Assembly (NCBI GenBank): GCA_012295275.1
Contig: CM022674.1
Coordinates: 10,540,001-10,604,000, forward strand
Direction of reading: 5' to 3'
DNA from: Chrysomallon squamiferum
Lineage: Eukaryota > Animalia > Mollusca
Length of the DNA: 64,000 nt
Below the pieces are notes generated by a model. That model was not told the DNA's origin. It searched no databases and worked only from the letters and a program-made list of their open reading frames with translations. Position numbers and translations under genes: made by a program. Every line of letters begins with the position of its first letter. The stretch's first letter is position 1. This document shows positions 1-14,400 of this stretch, piece after piece.

Positions 1-665
1 TGTTTGTTTAAGTTTTTTTGATGGAGGAATTATTTTTATCACAAAATTTACTTGTCTTTGCTTAATATCCAATTTAAAAAAAATAAAAGAAATAATAATA
101 ATAATAAAGAAATAAATAATTATGGAGAGAAAGCCAACAATCAAAATTAATTATAAATAATATCTATCTGTCTGTCTATCTATCTACCTATATATATAGT
201 ATAATTCCTATAATTTATTTTAACTAATTATTAATATTGTTTTATTAACAGTTCTTGAGCTTTTCCTTATCTGCTAGAACTGGTTTTGAGATATCGATGC
301 GCCATAGCAAACATTTACGCCAACGAAAAATCTAAACCAAAGCAGGTGCGCATGATGTCATTTCCTATCAACCATGTAAACAGTGGACTGTACTTATTTG
401 TGTAAAGATAAAAATTATAATAATAATAATAAATCATTTTAACCTGAATGATAGCAGAACAATAAGAAATAAATGGTAATTTTATTCGTTTCCGATTTCT
501 TCTGGAACTATCATTGGGTTTTTTAATACTTATAATTTTGTTTTCAGGCAATAGTTTTATCCAAAACATATACACAACATTTTGCTATTATAATTTCTAC
601 CATTTTCAGCAGAGGCACTACACTTTTAAAAGGTTGACGAAAATATTATAATATATTGAGCAATC

Positions 666-1124
666 ATGTCTTCAAAAAAAAAGGGGAAGTCTATGCCTGC
701 TAAACTGATGAAAAAGAAATTTTTGTTCGAAGAGGCTAAAGTAAATGTCGAAGAACTGAAGGATAATTATGAAGTTCAACAGCAAAGTGCGCCTGATAAT
801 GTGATCCAATTCGAGGACCCTGTTCCAAATGATTTTACATTTACCAAAGGAATTGAATATTTGGATGATGATGACTTTGAAGAGGAAAAAATGAAGTCCA
901 AAAGGAAGAATATAAAAACGTACTCTTCAAAGACCTCTGTTGTGAAAACTCAACAAGGAATGTTGAATCGTCACCCATCTCAGAGAGTTAAACAGCTTTC
1001 CGTCAGTCTTAAAACTGAGTATTTGGGCCGTAACGACCTTTTTGCATCTTCCAACAACAACGATTATTATCCCTTGAACAAACTGCAGGTAAGATCCATC
1101 CTATTTAATGAATTAGAATGAACT

Positions 1125-1185
<61 letters not shown>

Positions 1186-1350
1186 GCTGATTTCAGTTAT
1201 ACATCACAGTTGTTCAAGTATTCAGTGTTCTATTTTATGTTTTAATTCAATAATTAATAATTATATTTATTTGTCCACATATATATATATATATATATAT
1301 AGAAATAACTAATTTTTACACTTTATCAGCAGATTTTTCCTTCTAAAATG

Positions 1351-1383
<33 letters not shown>

Positions 1384-1785
1384 TGGAATTATTTATTTAT
1401 TTTTATTTGCAGGATGTGGTTAATAAGCTGAAAAGTAAATATAATTTTGAGCTGAATTTCTCTGGCATAAACCAGCTGACAGATGCAGTGTTTGCAACAC
1501 TGCTAAAGCTACATGATGGAGGTTTTGACAATGTGATGAAGATAAATCTGACAGGATGTTACCACATCTCAGACAGAGGGGTGTTCTGGCTTACAGTTTG
1601 TTTTAAAAATCTTCACTCAGTAAGTGAAACAGTTCATCACAGAGAAATTGTAGCTAGTGTTTTTAAAAAATTAAGCAATTCTATTAGGATACATGACACA
1701 CAGCTTTGTTACTTACCCTTTTTTTTAAATGTGTTAACATGGTATAGAAGTTGATATTTTTCAAATGTGGTGTAATTTATGTTAC

Positions 1786-1868
<83 letters not shown>

Positions 1869-4800
1869 CACCCACCCACACATACATCATGGGAGTTAAA
1901 AAATTAACTGTTGTGTACTTTTATATCATATGATTTGAATAAAAATTAATGTTTACTTTGTAGACAAAATATATTTGTTTCTAACTGTCAAATGTCATCT
2001 GTTTCAGTTGAATCTTATGAGCTGTGTCAGAGTCACAGAATGCAGTCTGAGTTCCATCATGGCAAACTGTAAAAACCTGACCAGTCTCACTATTACTGGA
2101 ACCAGTGTTAAACTGCTGCCATCCTGGCTAAGAAACTACACAGAGTTAAATGTTAATTATCTCCCTTTGGCATCACCGTCTCTTGAACAGTTTGAAAAAG
2201 AAAAACAAGCAATACTGAAAGGTAAATTTTTTAAAGACTTTTTAGGTTTAAAATATAATCTTTTATAAATTTTATTAAAAATATGAAAATATAAATGAAG
2301 AAAAAATACTTTCAGTGCTGAAAATGAGATTTTAAATGAGATTTAAAGAAGATAGTGAGTATAATTATATATTCATTTTCTATTCCAAGCCCAGCTTTCA
2401 AAAATCTCAGTTTTGAAAGAATGTTGTATATGCCTGCTTGTATAGTTAAAAAAACACAGAATAGATTTCTTTCATTCTATTTTGAATTCTTTTTTTTTTT
2501 TAATTCATATAATTATATTTTTCTAATTTATTTACTTATATGTTTGTTTTACATATAAAACTGAAGGAATGCAGATTTAAATTTATGGAGAAGAAGTGAA
2601 AAATAATATTTTTAATATTTCTAAATTGCTGTAAAAGCTTATAAAGGTAATATTTCTCATTTAATAATTTATTTTTGCAGATGAAAACTTTTTCAAAAAA
2701 AAAGAAACTAATTTGTACAAAGTAATGATTATCTGACGAAGATCAGTTCAGCTTAGTTTGTTGAAACTGATAAAAAAAGAAAAAGACTTGTTTGTCAAAG
2801 AGGAAGTGACTTCTGACCTTTCCTACAGGCTGAACCAAAACTTCCTGGCATTCATAGAATGTCCTGAAGTAAGTTTATTTTAAAATAATTATCAGCTTCT
2901 TGTCAGTATGGTGACATTAGAATCTGTTAGAAAGAAACTCAATAACTTTTTCAGAGTAATTTTTTTCATTAATTTTCTAATCATTTCTAATGCATTTGTC
3001 CCAGACATGATTATGTATTTCTACCTTCCTTTTTTAAAAACTTTTGTTATCTTCCATGGTCTCCGGACATAAACTATTACATAAAACATTGCAATATCAT
3101 TTTTGTCAAGGCAGAAGAGAATTCCAACGTGTGTTTAACATTAATATATACTGATATGATTATAAATGTGAAAGAAATTGAAAAAAAATAAAATTGTTTA
3201 TGTGATCTTTCATTTTGAAATTATATTTACAGATCTAAGTTCAGTAAGATTTCTGATAATGGAAAGATCAACACACACACACACAGACACACACATGGTC
3301 CATGCTAGTCATCCACACACACACACACACACACAAACACTCTTGCAATTATTTATTTTTTTGTTACCGTTTCAGTGTATGGAACTTGTAAATTATTAAT
3401 TGCTGTAAACATTTCCATGGATTCAGTTTTTAAAAACAGACTGAATTGTTGGGTTTATAGATTTTATGTTTTATTATGATGTGTTGTTGGGTTTTTTCAG
3501 AGTGTAGCCCATCTGTTTTTTTCCAAGAGAACCTGTTTCGTGTTGCCATATCAACTGCAGGATAAAAATAAAATCAAACAGGAGGCTGCAGATATAGCTA
3601 GTTTTATCTGTAATCTTGTAGCAAGAACCTGGGTAAAATATTTTTATTTGCAATAAGGTCAGTTTGTACATTTTTTTTAAAGAAACCTGGTTAATTAACC
3701 AACTATTAACAGAAATTTCTTATTTTTGTTTTTATTTTTAAAATATATATTGTTATAATATGATTAGATCTTTTTATTTAATAGATACTTTTACTTCAAT
3801 AAAATTACTAATTCATTATACATAAAAAAATGGTATTTATATTTGAATTCACCAAACAATTTATTAATAAAAAAATATTAAATTTATTAGGAATAACTAT
3901 TAGTGAGATGAACATCATGTTTGCCACATGTCAGTTAATGAAATTAATTTCTTTTTTCTTTGAGCACAAACAATGAGCTAATGTTTATAATGCAAAAAAC
4001 AGTTAAACAGATGAATATTTTAATTAGCCTATATATTAAAAATTTATTTTAAATTGGAGTGTATGTCTGTGTGTGTGGGGGCTGTTATTTAAAAAAAAAA
4101 AGTATTTAATAAATATTAATTTTAATTTTTTTGATAGCCTTCCCAGAACTCTTACACACTTGTTGGTATAAACACCAGTGTAGCTGGTGTGGTTCCGGCA
4201 GACATCTTGAAGGATGAAGTTGAGAAAGTTCTCAAACAAACAGAAAAAGACTTGGAATCAAAATTTGAAAAACTGACAGATATAAAGTAAGAATATACTT
4301 CTTTATATTTCATTGTATTTTCAATATACTTTGCTCAAACTAAAACTTGGTGACATATTGGGAACATAAAATTTTAGCATGTCAGCACTGAAAAAACCCC
4401 TAAAATGTCTCAAATTTTATGAAATAGCACTATTTCTAATAGCAGATAGAGCCTTTGAAAAAACAAAGTAAATAAAAGAAACCAAATCTCATTAAACCAG
4501 CATTTCTCCAAGTTGGTTTAAAACGAAAGATTACAATAAAATATCATCATGGACATGTAATTTTCTCTAAGTAGACTTCTTGATAAAATGTATGCAAATG
4601 CATATTTTTATGTTTTAAAGTCTTGTTTTGGGTTTTTATTTTCTTTGTTTTTTCCTTATCCTTATCGTTACATATTATTACAATAACTTTCAAATACATT
4701 TTATGATAATTACAAAATTTGCTAATATTTTAATGTGACTAATTTAGGATATGAGTAAATGAGTTTCTGTGGGGCTTATTTTTACTTTTTCATGTGTTAT

Positions 4801-7800
4801 TTTTTATAAATTTTTATTCATTTTATTCTATTTCTTTTTTACTTTTTTTTTATTTTAAAGAACTAATTCAACAGCAGATTACATTGATCAGGAGAAATTG
4901 GCTAGAATCAAATCTGTGTTGTCAGGAGTTACAGATCTCATTTTAACTGGGGTTGAAGTGACCACCAGTGAAAAAGATAGAGACAAAGTAAGCAGAATTA
5001 ATATTTAATAAAAGAAGAAAAAATCTTTTTAACCAGCATCCTCCAAGTTAATTTAAATAGAAATTTTACAATAATATATCATCACTGAAATATAATTTTC
5101 TCCATTTTGTTTATATCAAAGAAGAAAAAAAGAGAAAAAAAGTTAAATATATTTAGTTTTTAACTTTTATTTTATTTGTTTTACTGTTAATTAATAAATT
5201 AATGGGTTTAAACTGAAACAAAACTGATAAAATACAAACTTAATTAAGTGTTAAACTGGCTGTTGTGTGTTATTTTGTAAGGAGGTAAAGAAGGTTCTGG
5301 ATGACCTGGTTTCCCAGATGTCACAGCTGAACACAAAGTGTCCTGACACTGCTGACTATTCCAAGTCACTTCATGACTTCTGCTTGTCCAGTCCACTGAA
5401 AGATGACGTCTGCTCACTGGACAAAGCACTTCAGAGTCTTTCCTACTCTAAAAATAGACTGACCAATCAGGGAGCTCTGAGTTTCTTACATATGATGGTA
5501 ATGATGCATTTTTTTCTCATAATTTTATTTTATTTAATTTTTTTGTTATTCAAAGAACAATAACATCAAAATATTCTTTTCCATATATTTTTCACTTAAG
5601 TCTTTGGGATTTTTGGTTTGAAGAACATTTTTAGAGAGATGCTATATGAAAATTGTGCTAGGGTTTCCTAATTTGGAATGTATATATTTAGAAACAAACA
5701 CAACAAACAGGCAGAAAGAAAATTTTGGAAAAATTAACTATTCTTCTCTTATAACCTTTATGTTGTTTAAAAATACAAATGAAACACATCATTATTTTTT
5801 AAATGATTTCTTTTGACGTATGTAAACAAAGATTAATTTCTTTCTGTTAACTGTAGAAATACATGTCTGTGATGAAACCCAGCAGTTTGAATAATATGTA
5901 TATATTGGTTTGGGTTGCAGATGTTCATGAAATGGGGTACTATAATATTTAAGAAAGCCAAAAATAAATGTAACCATTTGTCATAAAAAAAAAGTAAACT
6001 AGTACTAATTTTTTAGTAACAAAAGGGGATTATTTCCATCAAGTTATGATTTTTTGTTTTTGCCATACATGTCCCCTTAAAAAGATACAACTTAATTTAT
6101 CATTACTCAGTTAACGTCAGAGTATAGGGCTTATATTTAAACAGTTTTCTAATAGAAGCATGCTAAAATCAATATCTAAATAAATGAAATGTTGATCAGT
6201 AAGAATAATTATTAATTTCTGACTTATTTTTCAGGGAAAAGTGTGTTTACTGCCTCAACCAGATGGATCTGATGTAAAGAATGTGGTAAAAACAACATGG
6301 CTGCAACAAGTTCTTAATGTGTTGATGGGGTCACCAGAAATTTCTTGTAACAACGGAACTATTGCATTTGTAACAGACGACACTCTGGTGTGGGAGAGTT
6401 CAAAACTAGACAAAGTTGTCCAGGATCATAAACTCAGTACTAGTCCAGAGGTAGCACTTTGAACAGTGTTTTTTTTATCTTTTTTATATTTTTCCAATTT
6501 ATTTTAACTATACTGATAAATTTAAAAAAATAAATAAATAAATAATAATTAATACTTTCTTTTTGGTTTCAAATTGTCCTTTTTTCTCAGTTTTGATTAT
6601 TTAGTTTGTTACTTATTTAATTACTTTCCTTTCCTTTTCTTTACTTTACTTTTTACTTTTTACTTTACTTTACTTTACTTTACTTTACTTTTTACTTTAC
6701 TTTTTACTTTACTTTTTTTTACTTCACTTCACTTCACTTCACTTCACTTCACTTCACTTTACTTCTTTAGATGTCTGCTGCCCTAACCTGTGTGAAGGAG
6801 TTTCTAGGTCTTGAGGTGCCAGGAAAGGTTTTCATTAGCATGCATCATCTAAAAAATGAGCCTCCTTTATCTTTGGTAAGAATAATTTTGTGCATGTGTG
6901 TATGTATATATGTGGATAATTCTATCTGTTAGGTCTGTCTGTCTGTCTTTCTCGCTGATAGTTACTATTTGCATTTCTCTGTTAACAGCAAAGTAAACAA
7001 TGAATAATTTCAGATATGAAGGTTTATTGAACAAAATAAAAGTACTCATTATAACTGATTAATATTAATTTGATATTTAAAAAATTAATAAAAACCCAAC
7101 AACATAAGAATATTTATTTTCTAAGTAGTTATCTTGTAGGCAAAGTAGAGATTTTTCATGAATTTTTATACCCAGAGCATAAGTTAAAGTTTATTTATGT
7201 TTTTTAGCATGGTAAATTCTGTATATAATCCATATTTATTGGAGAAAAAAATACTAATTCCAGAAATATAACTGCATGTATAATAAACTATTATTATAAT
7301 CAAAAAGTAATAGAAACAAGCTGAAAACTGCATTAATAAAAATGTTACTGAATTAAGGTTATCAAATCTATAATCATGAACAAAATAATATTTTTTCTTT
7401 TTGAATCACAGAATAAAAGATTCATAGAAACATAAAAACAAAGTATAATAATTATTATTATTATTATTATTTTCTTCTTTTTTTTGTTTTCTTTTGTGAT
7501 GCTGAAAAAGAGCAGTATAATTAAAATAGGTGAATTATAATAATTTCAGATTTGAAATAACATTTAATAGTTAAATATATTAAATGCATGTAAAGTTTCA
7601 TAATCTATTTTCACCAGGATAAATTTCTCAGTGAGAAAAACAATGATGTCTGTGAAAAGGTAACTTACACTTACTTGCTGAATCATCAACTTCCTGTACC
7701 CACAATGCATCAGCTGTTAAACTCCATTCTGAAATTACATCTGCCAATCATGTTGTGGAGAACTGGTTGTATCCTTCATGATGGGATTGTAGAAGTTCTT

Positions 7801-10800
7801 GTACACATGAGCAACAGTGAAAATGGTATTCATTTTTAATTTTTTATTATTATTATTATTTTAAATTTTATAAACATTTGTTGTTGTTATTATTGTTGTT
7901 GTTGTTGTTGTAGTTAAGTAGTAGTAGTGGTACCAGTAGTGATAGTAGTGCAGTAGTGAGAGTATTATATTATTTGTATTTTTTTATATATATGCTATTT
8001 TTATGATCTGCTATTATTATTATCATTATTATTATCATTACCAGTATCATTATTATCATAATCATCATCACCATGATCATCTTTATTAAGTAGTAGCTGA
8101 TGTAGCAGTAAGAGTATTATGTTAGTTTTGTTTATTTATTTATATATTTATTTTTATGATTTATTGTTATCATTATCATCATTGTCATTATCATTATCAT
8201 TATCATTATCATCACCATCATTATTACCATCATCGTTACTATCATTATCATAATTATTATTATTATTATTATTATTATATGGTGTGATGGTGGCATTCTG
8301 GTGGTGGTAGTAGTAGAGTAGTAGTATTGTATTATTATTACTTATTTATTTTTATGTTTTATTTATTTCAGAAAATGGTTGTATCACTCTTCATGCACAG
8401 GTTATCAAGGCACAGAAATCAGCTGATATGTTATGGAACTCAGCAGAGCAGTACAAACAAGTCATAGACTCTTGTCTGGCAACATCAGGAATATCATCTG
8501 AGGTACAACCAGTGTCATTCCCTGAAAAGAGAATTTTCACTTCCATTAATATTAATACCTTTTATCAGTTTCTGTTTAACCATAACAACTCTTCCAAAAA
8601 AACAAAACAAGAATTTTTATATGAATATTGTAACCTTTTAACTTCTGTTTAGTTAAAACAGGAGTCATAATAAAGTTTTCAAATTAAAAATTACTGAATT
8701 GATAACATTTGCTTTAAATGCGATGAGTCCTGGATTAATGTCTTCTTAAAAGTTTATTTCCCAATCTAACCAACAAATGCAGATTTTCTCTTATTTGTCA
8801 TCAATATTTTTTAAAAATGATGTTTTAATTATTTAGTTTAAATATAATGTTTACAAAAAAATTATTTATTTATTTATTTTTAACAAAATTAAGAGTTTTA
8901 TATCATATATTAAAATTAATATTTTTTTTTTTTTTTTTAATAAATTTACATAAGTGGAAGAGTATTTCAGAAAAATGTGGATTTAGAATGAACAGAAGAT
9001 GAAATTTCATTATTTACTGAAATGAAATCAGATGGTTAAAAAAACAGTAGAAATATTCTTGGATTGATAATTATTATTTCTTTTTAGTATTTTTGCCTGT
9101 TAATAATTTTATTTTTTAATTAATTAACAATTTATAGGTGGTGTGTGAACAGAGTATAGATAAACCACGTGAGTTTAAACCATTATAAAAATGACTAATT
9201 ACTACTTTTTCTGAAACATTTGTTATATAATTATTTGTGATTTGGACTTGTAAAATATTAAGACTAGTGGTTACAGTATGTAAATTTTAATATATTAGCC
9301 TTTCAGGTGCACTTTGAAATTATTATTCTTAAAAAATTTAAATTAATAAATGAAGCCAAAAACAAAAGTGAGAAATAATGTATACACTTTAATTAGTCAG
9401 GTAATTTAATATAAACATTTGTTTATAATGATTATTATATTAGTGTAGTCATTAAGTAATAACACAGATAAATAAATAAACTAAAAGGGAGTGCATTTTT
9501 CAGCTTTATATTTGTGTTTACTTTATTTTAAATTAAGATTACATAACTGGGCTCACATCTGGTCACAGTTTTCAAATGGAAGCTTCGGAACATTCCCAAT
9601 GCAAAACATGCAGCATCTCAGTCAAAGCTGCCAGGTATCAACAGGTAAATATTAAATATAGTTAATTATACACAGTTTAATTTATTTCCAACTTGTGTTG
9701 AACCGTATTTCTGTCTTAAAGCATATTAGTGTTTAAAGAAAATACCCAAAATTATTTTGTGTACTCATTCAAGATTTTTTTTATTGTCACAAGGTACACA
9801 TTTTGTAGTCAATGGATAACATAAAGTTTTGGATGCATTTGCTTTTTATTTTATTCTATTTTTTATTTTTGCTGACTGCATTTGATGATGTTTATAAGCC
9901 TATGGCAGTCCAGTGATCAAACCATTGGCCAACCTCACAGAGATAGAACTTGACATGTTAAAATAATTTTTCAAATTAATGGGTGAATGTATATATTTTG
10001 TATCCTGATTTATTCCATTTCAGCTATAAATCATATTTTTATTCCAATTATAATAAAACATAAATGATTGGATAGAAAAATGTTCCAGCTTTCTGAAAAT
10101 GCATAATATGTAAAATTTACGTCTTACTCTTATTCATACATGTCCAGTTTTCTTGTCTTTTTTGCTCCTTTAATCCAGTTTTAATAAGAAGTAAAATAAT
10201 GCATTTTTTTGGACTTGTTTTAAAGCTATTGTTAACATTTTGAAAGTACAGACAAAAACATTTTGTATGGAAGTTATCATCATGTTTTTGTTAAATGTAC
10301 TAAAATTGACAATATTTTACAATACATATTATATTTCTCACTGTTAGTGTTTTAAATTATAAATACAATTTCATATTTGTCAATATATTACTTTAAAAAT
10401 TTACATGTGTTTTTTTCCATTCTTTTACAATGCATATTAGGTATTTTTCATTGTTTCATAAAACATCATTTTTAAAGTTCATTCATGTTTTTTCATTATT
10501 TTACAAAACCTTTCAAGTTTTTAAATTGTTTCACATGATACACCAGTTTAAAACATTACTCATGTTTTATAATTATTTTTCATTATATCATTTACTCATG
10601 TTTGTTTTACATTATCTCATCATTTAAAAATATTTTTCAGTATTTATAAAACTCATCATGTCCTCTTTTTATTTTAGACATTTCAGTCCACTATTTCTGC
10701 TGTTTATTTAACTGACAAGGCAGCAAGATTTGATCCTGAAACCTGTGGTGAAGTGGAAGGAACGACAGTTGTAATGAACAGTGTAGGGACATGTCATCTG

Positions 10801-11178
10801 ATGAGCAGTATGACAGCATTTGAGAACAGCTACATCAACTTCACTGTCACTTCCTTGCCTTCAGATATAGCCTTGTGTATAGTTGGTTTAGTGTAAGTGA
10901 TGTTCTTTTTATCAGTGTGTGTGAATGTGTTGTGTATGTGTTTTATGTATGCGTGTTTGGGTGTGTGTTTGGGTGTGTGTTGTGTGTGTGTGTGTTTTAT
11001 GTACATGTGTATAATAGAATAGTAGAATATCTGTCAGTATGTAGTGTGATATATACAAACTCATTTGTAATACATGTCTGTGTTGTGCAAATATCATTTA
11101 TGCATGTACTGTATGTATATTGTGTTTATAATTTTTTGTTTGTGTGTATGAATGTTACATATAAATCTGATTCTTTGA

Positions 11179-11226
<48 letters not shown>

Positions 11227-11376
11227 TAGTAATATGATAGAGAGTGAGAAATAAAACAGAGATAAAGGGTCAAAAAATATAAATAGATAAGTGACAGAGA
11301 CAGAAATAGAGAATGGGATTGAACTACAAAACAGGAGAGAGACACAGTTATACATAAATGTATAACTATATATGTG

Positions 11377-11411
<35 letters not shown>

Positions 11412-14400
11412 AACAATATCTAAAAATTATAATATCCAGATTCTTTTTCAAACATATTTTTTGTAAATAAATGTCCTTGTGTTATACATTTTATATAATA
11501 ATGTTCTTTTTCTGATGTAAAATATTATAAAATAAAAATTCATTTCAGATCCAGTAATTCTATTTCTGTGAATTATAAGCTGTCTCAGGGAGAAATCATT
11601 TTTTCAAATATGAGAAAGGATCAGAAGATCACAGTTCCTAAAATTACCTCACCCGGTGCTGTGCTGAACTTCAGCCTGTCACCACTCAGTGATAAAGATC
11701 TCATACAGCTGGATGTTAGTGTTGGGGTCACTCTAGTGGCCAGATTATCAGTGCCCAGATCAACATATAGGCCGGTCATTCAAGAGGATGCTCTGGCTCA
11801 AATCACTGACACCATATCAACAAAATTTGAAGTTTCTATACAGTCTGCTCAGTTTGTGGTATTTATTTTATTTTATTTTATTTTTTGTATTTGTTTATTT
11901 GATGTTTTGTTAACTTTTTCTTTTAAATGAATTTTCTTTTTTCAGTTTTATTAATTATATTTTATTTTAATTTTATATCTTTTTCTGAAATGTATTTATT
12001 TAGTTAGTTAGTTATTATTTGCTTATGTGATCCAATCATCTGTTCATTTATATTTCTCTGACTTTCTCTTTACTCACTTGTGTATCTTGCTTTACCTATC
12101 AGTCCGTCTGTCTCTCTCACTACCTATATACCTATCTTTTTACCTTATTAACAGTTATTGTCATGATTAATGTTAAATATGTCTGTTTACCTGTCTGTTT
12201 ACCTGTCTGTTTACCTATCTGTTCATGCATCTTTCTGCAGCAGATTTTCTGATAGTTTTGTAGAAATTAAATACATTTTAGAAGTTCAAAGTTAATTTAT
12301 TTATTTGTTAATTTATTTTATTTATTGTTTTTAAAATGTTGACAGTTTATTAAGTTCAATTTATTTATTCTATTTTTAAGAAAAAAATAGTTTAACGTTT
12401 TTATTCATACAAGGCAACATTTTGAAAATCTTGCTCTTTAATTTACTTTAATCCATTTAATGAATGAGTTATGACTTTTTAATATAATTTTTTTTAAGGG
12501 TACTGCAATCAAAATTGAACCTGGAATGCGACTAGAGGCACTAGATCTGCTGAATCCTAGCTTAATATGTGCTGCTTCTGTTGGTATGGGTTTTTCCACA
12601 GCTTTTCCAAATCTAGCAAGTGCTCAATGCTTTATCAAATGCTGTGCTATCATTAGGAATATGCATCCTCCAACAGCAATTGGCTTTAATAATTAGTTTC
12701 ATTATTAGAAAAGGTATCATTAAAACAAAAAGTGTAATGTACAGTCACAATTTTTTGAAATTATTTCATACTGGCTATACAATATTTATATAATAATTTT
12801 TATAATTTATCAGAATTATATATTTCTTTATATAACTATAAACTGTCAGAATTGTGAGAAAATATTTCTGTGATGATAATGTGCTTTGTGTATATTTTAA
12901 ATTAATGCTTTATTCTCATCAGAATCAATTGATGAGTCAACTGGACAATGGCTGATTCATTTTGATGGGTGGACCAACCGTTACGACTACACTGCCGAGC
13001 CCACTGCTCCCCATCTCCACCCACTCGGGTACATGGAAGCTACAGGTCACAAGTACAAACAGTACAACTCCAAACTTCAAGCTCCACATGGTGAGTTACT
13101 GTTATATTTATCACAGAGGGATGTAAGATCTATAAGTATTGTCTGAGTGTTAGCTTGTGTTATTGTGTGTTTAGAATAATAAGTAGAATGGTCATATTTG
13201 TTGTATTCTGTGATAATCATATCTGAATGAGCTCAGTGTTTATTGATTACTCACATTACCATAGTTTTAATGAATTTTGTTTACAGCAAGAATATGTTTT
13301 ATTTTTTCAGGCTATGACAAGAAATTTAGCTGGCCACAGTATCTTAAAGAGGTTAAAGCACAACCAGTCCCTTGGGAACATTTTACAGAAGTAATATTTC
13401 TATCTCTTTATTGTACTTACTTGTTTATAAACTTCTTCAGATAATTCTTTATGATATATTTACTAAAATATAACTTGTTGGAATTATTTTTGTAATGGAT
13501 CAGTACTTTTGTCTGTGGCTATAATTATAAAAATAACCAAACAAACCATCTAATTGGCAAACTATTAATAATAATAATAAAATATTCTTAGGAATTTTTA
13601 AACAGGTTTTTATTTATTCACTGTAGGAACAAAAAGATGGTACTCCACCAGATGAAACTATAAAAACCCAGGAAAGTCTAGGGATATTTTATGACTTGAC
13701 TCTCTCAACATCCAGTTACTGTCCAACAAACAAATACCGTGGAGCAGGTATACTAGATCAGAAACCTTGTGTGTGTGTATTTATCAATATCGTATATATA
13801 AAAACAATGTATTTTTCAAACATAGCTTTGATTATTTTTTCCTTTAAATGTATACTTTATTATTTTTATTTTGTTAATATAATTTTTTCCAAGATAAACA
13901 CAGTTATGTTTTTGCTAGGGATATCTTCTGTAATTTATTTTTGTGAGCAGTTATCAGATTTAAGTTCTGTTAATAAAATGTTTTTGAATCTTGGTCCACA
14001 TATGCATTTATGGTTTTATTTACCTCTTAGATATATTATTTTGTTAGCCTTCATTGTTATAATATTAATTTTAGAAATATATAAATACAAAAAATACTTC
14101 AGATTTAGAGAAATATATAAAACTAAAAGTTTTTGAATTTTGGAGAAGTATATAAAACAAATGATATTTCAGTTTTGGAGAAGTGTATAAAACTAAAATA
14201 TTTCAGTTTTGGAGCAGTATATAAAACAAAAATATTTCAGGTTTAGAGAAGTACATAAAACTAAATTATTTCAGCTTTGGAGCAGTATATAAGCACTAAA
14301 ATATTTCAGCTTTGGAGAAGTATATAAAACTTAATATTTCAGGTTTGGAGAAGTACATAAAACTAAAATATTTCACCACTGGAAAAGTATATACAATTAA

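Noticed and set aside
290-370. CpG-containing patch with TGCGCATG and TGATGTCA as ROCO promoter elements
   Set aside because: Position is plausible, but the motifs are short and there is no TSS evidence.
4470-5105. Similar ~80-bp segments in two consecutive ROCO introns (4490-4568, 5029-5102)
   Set aside because: Old local duplication with no evident function.
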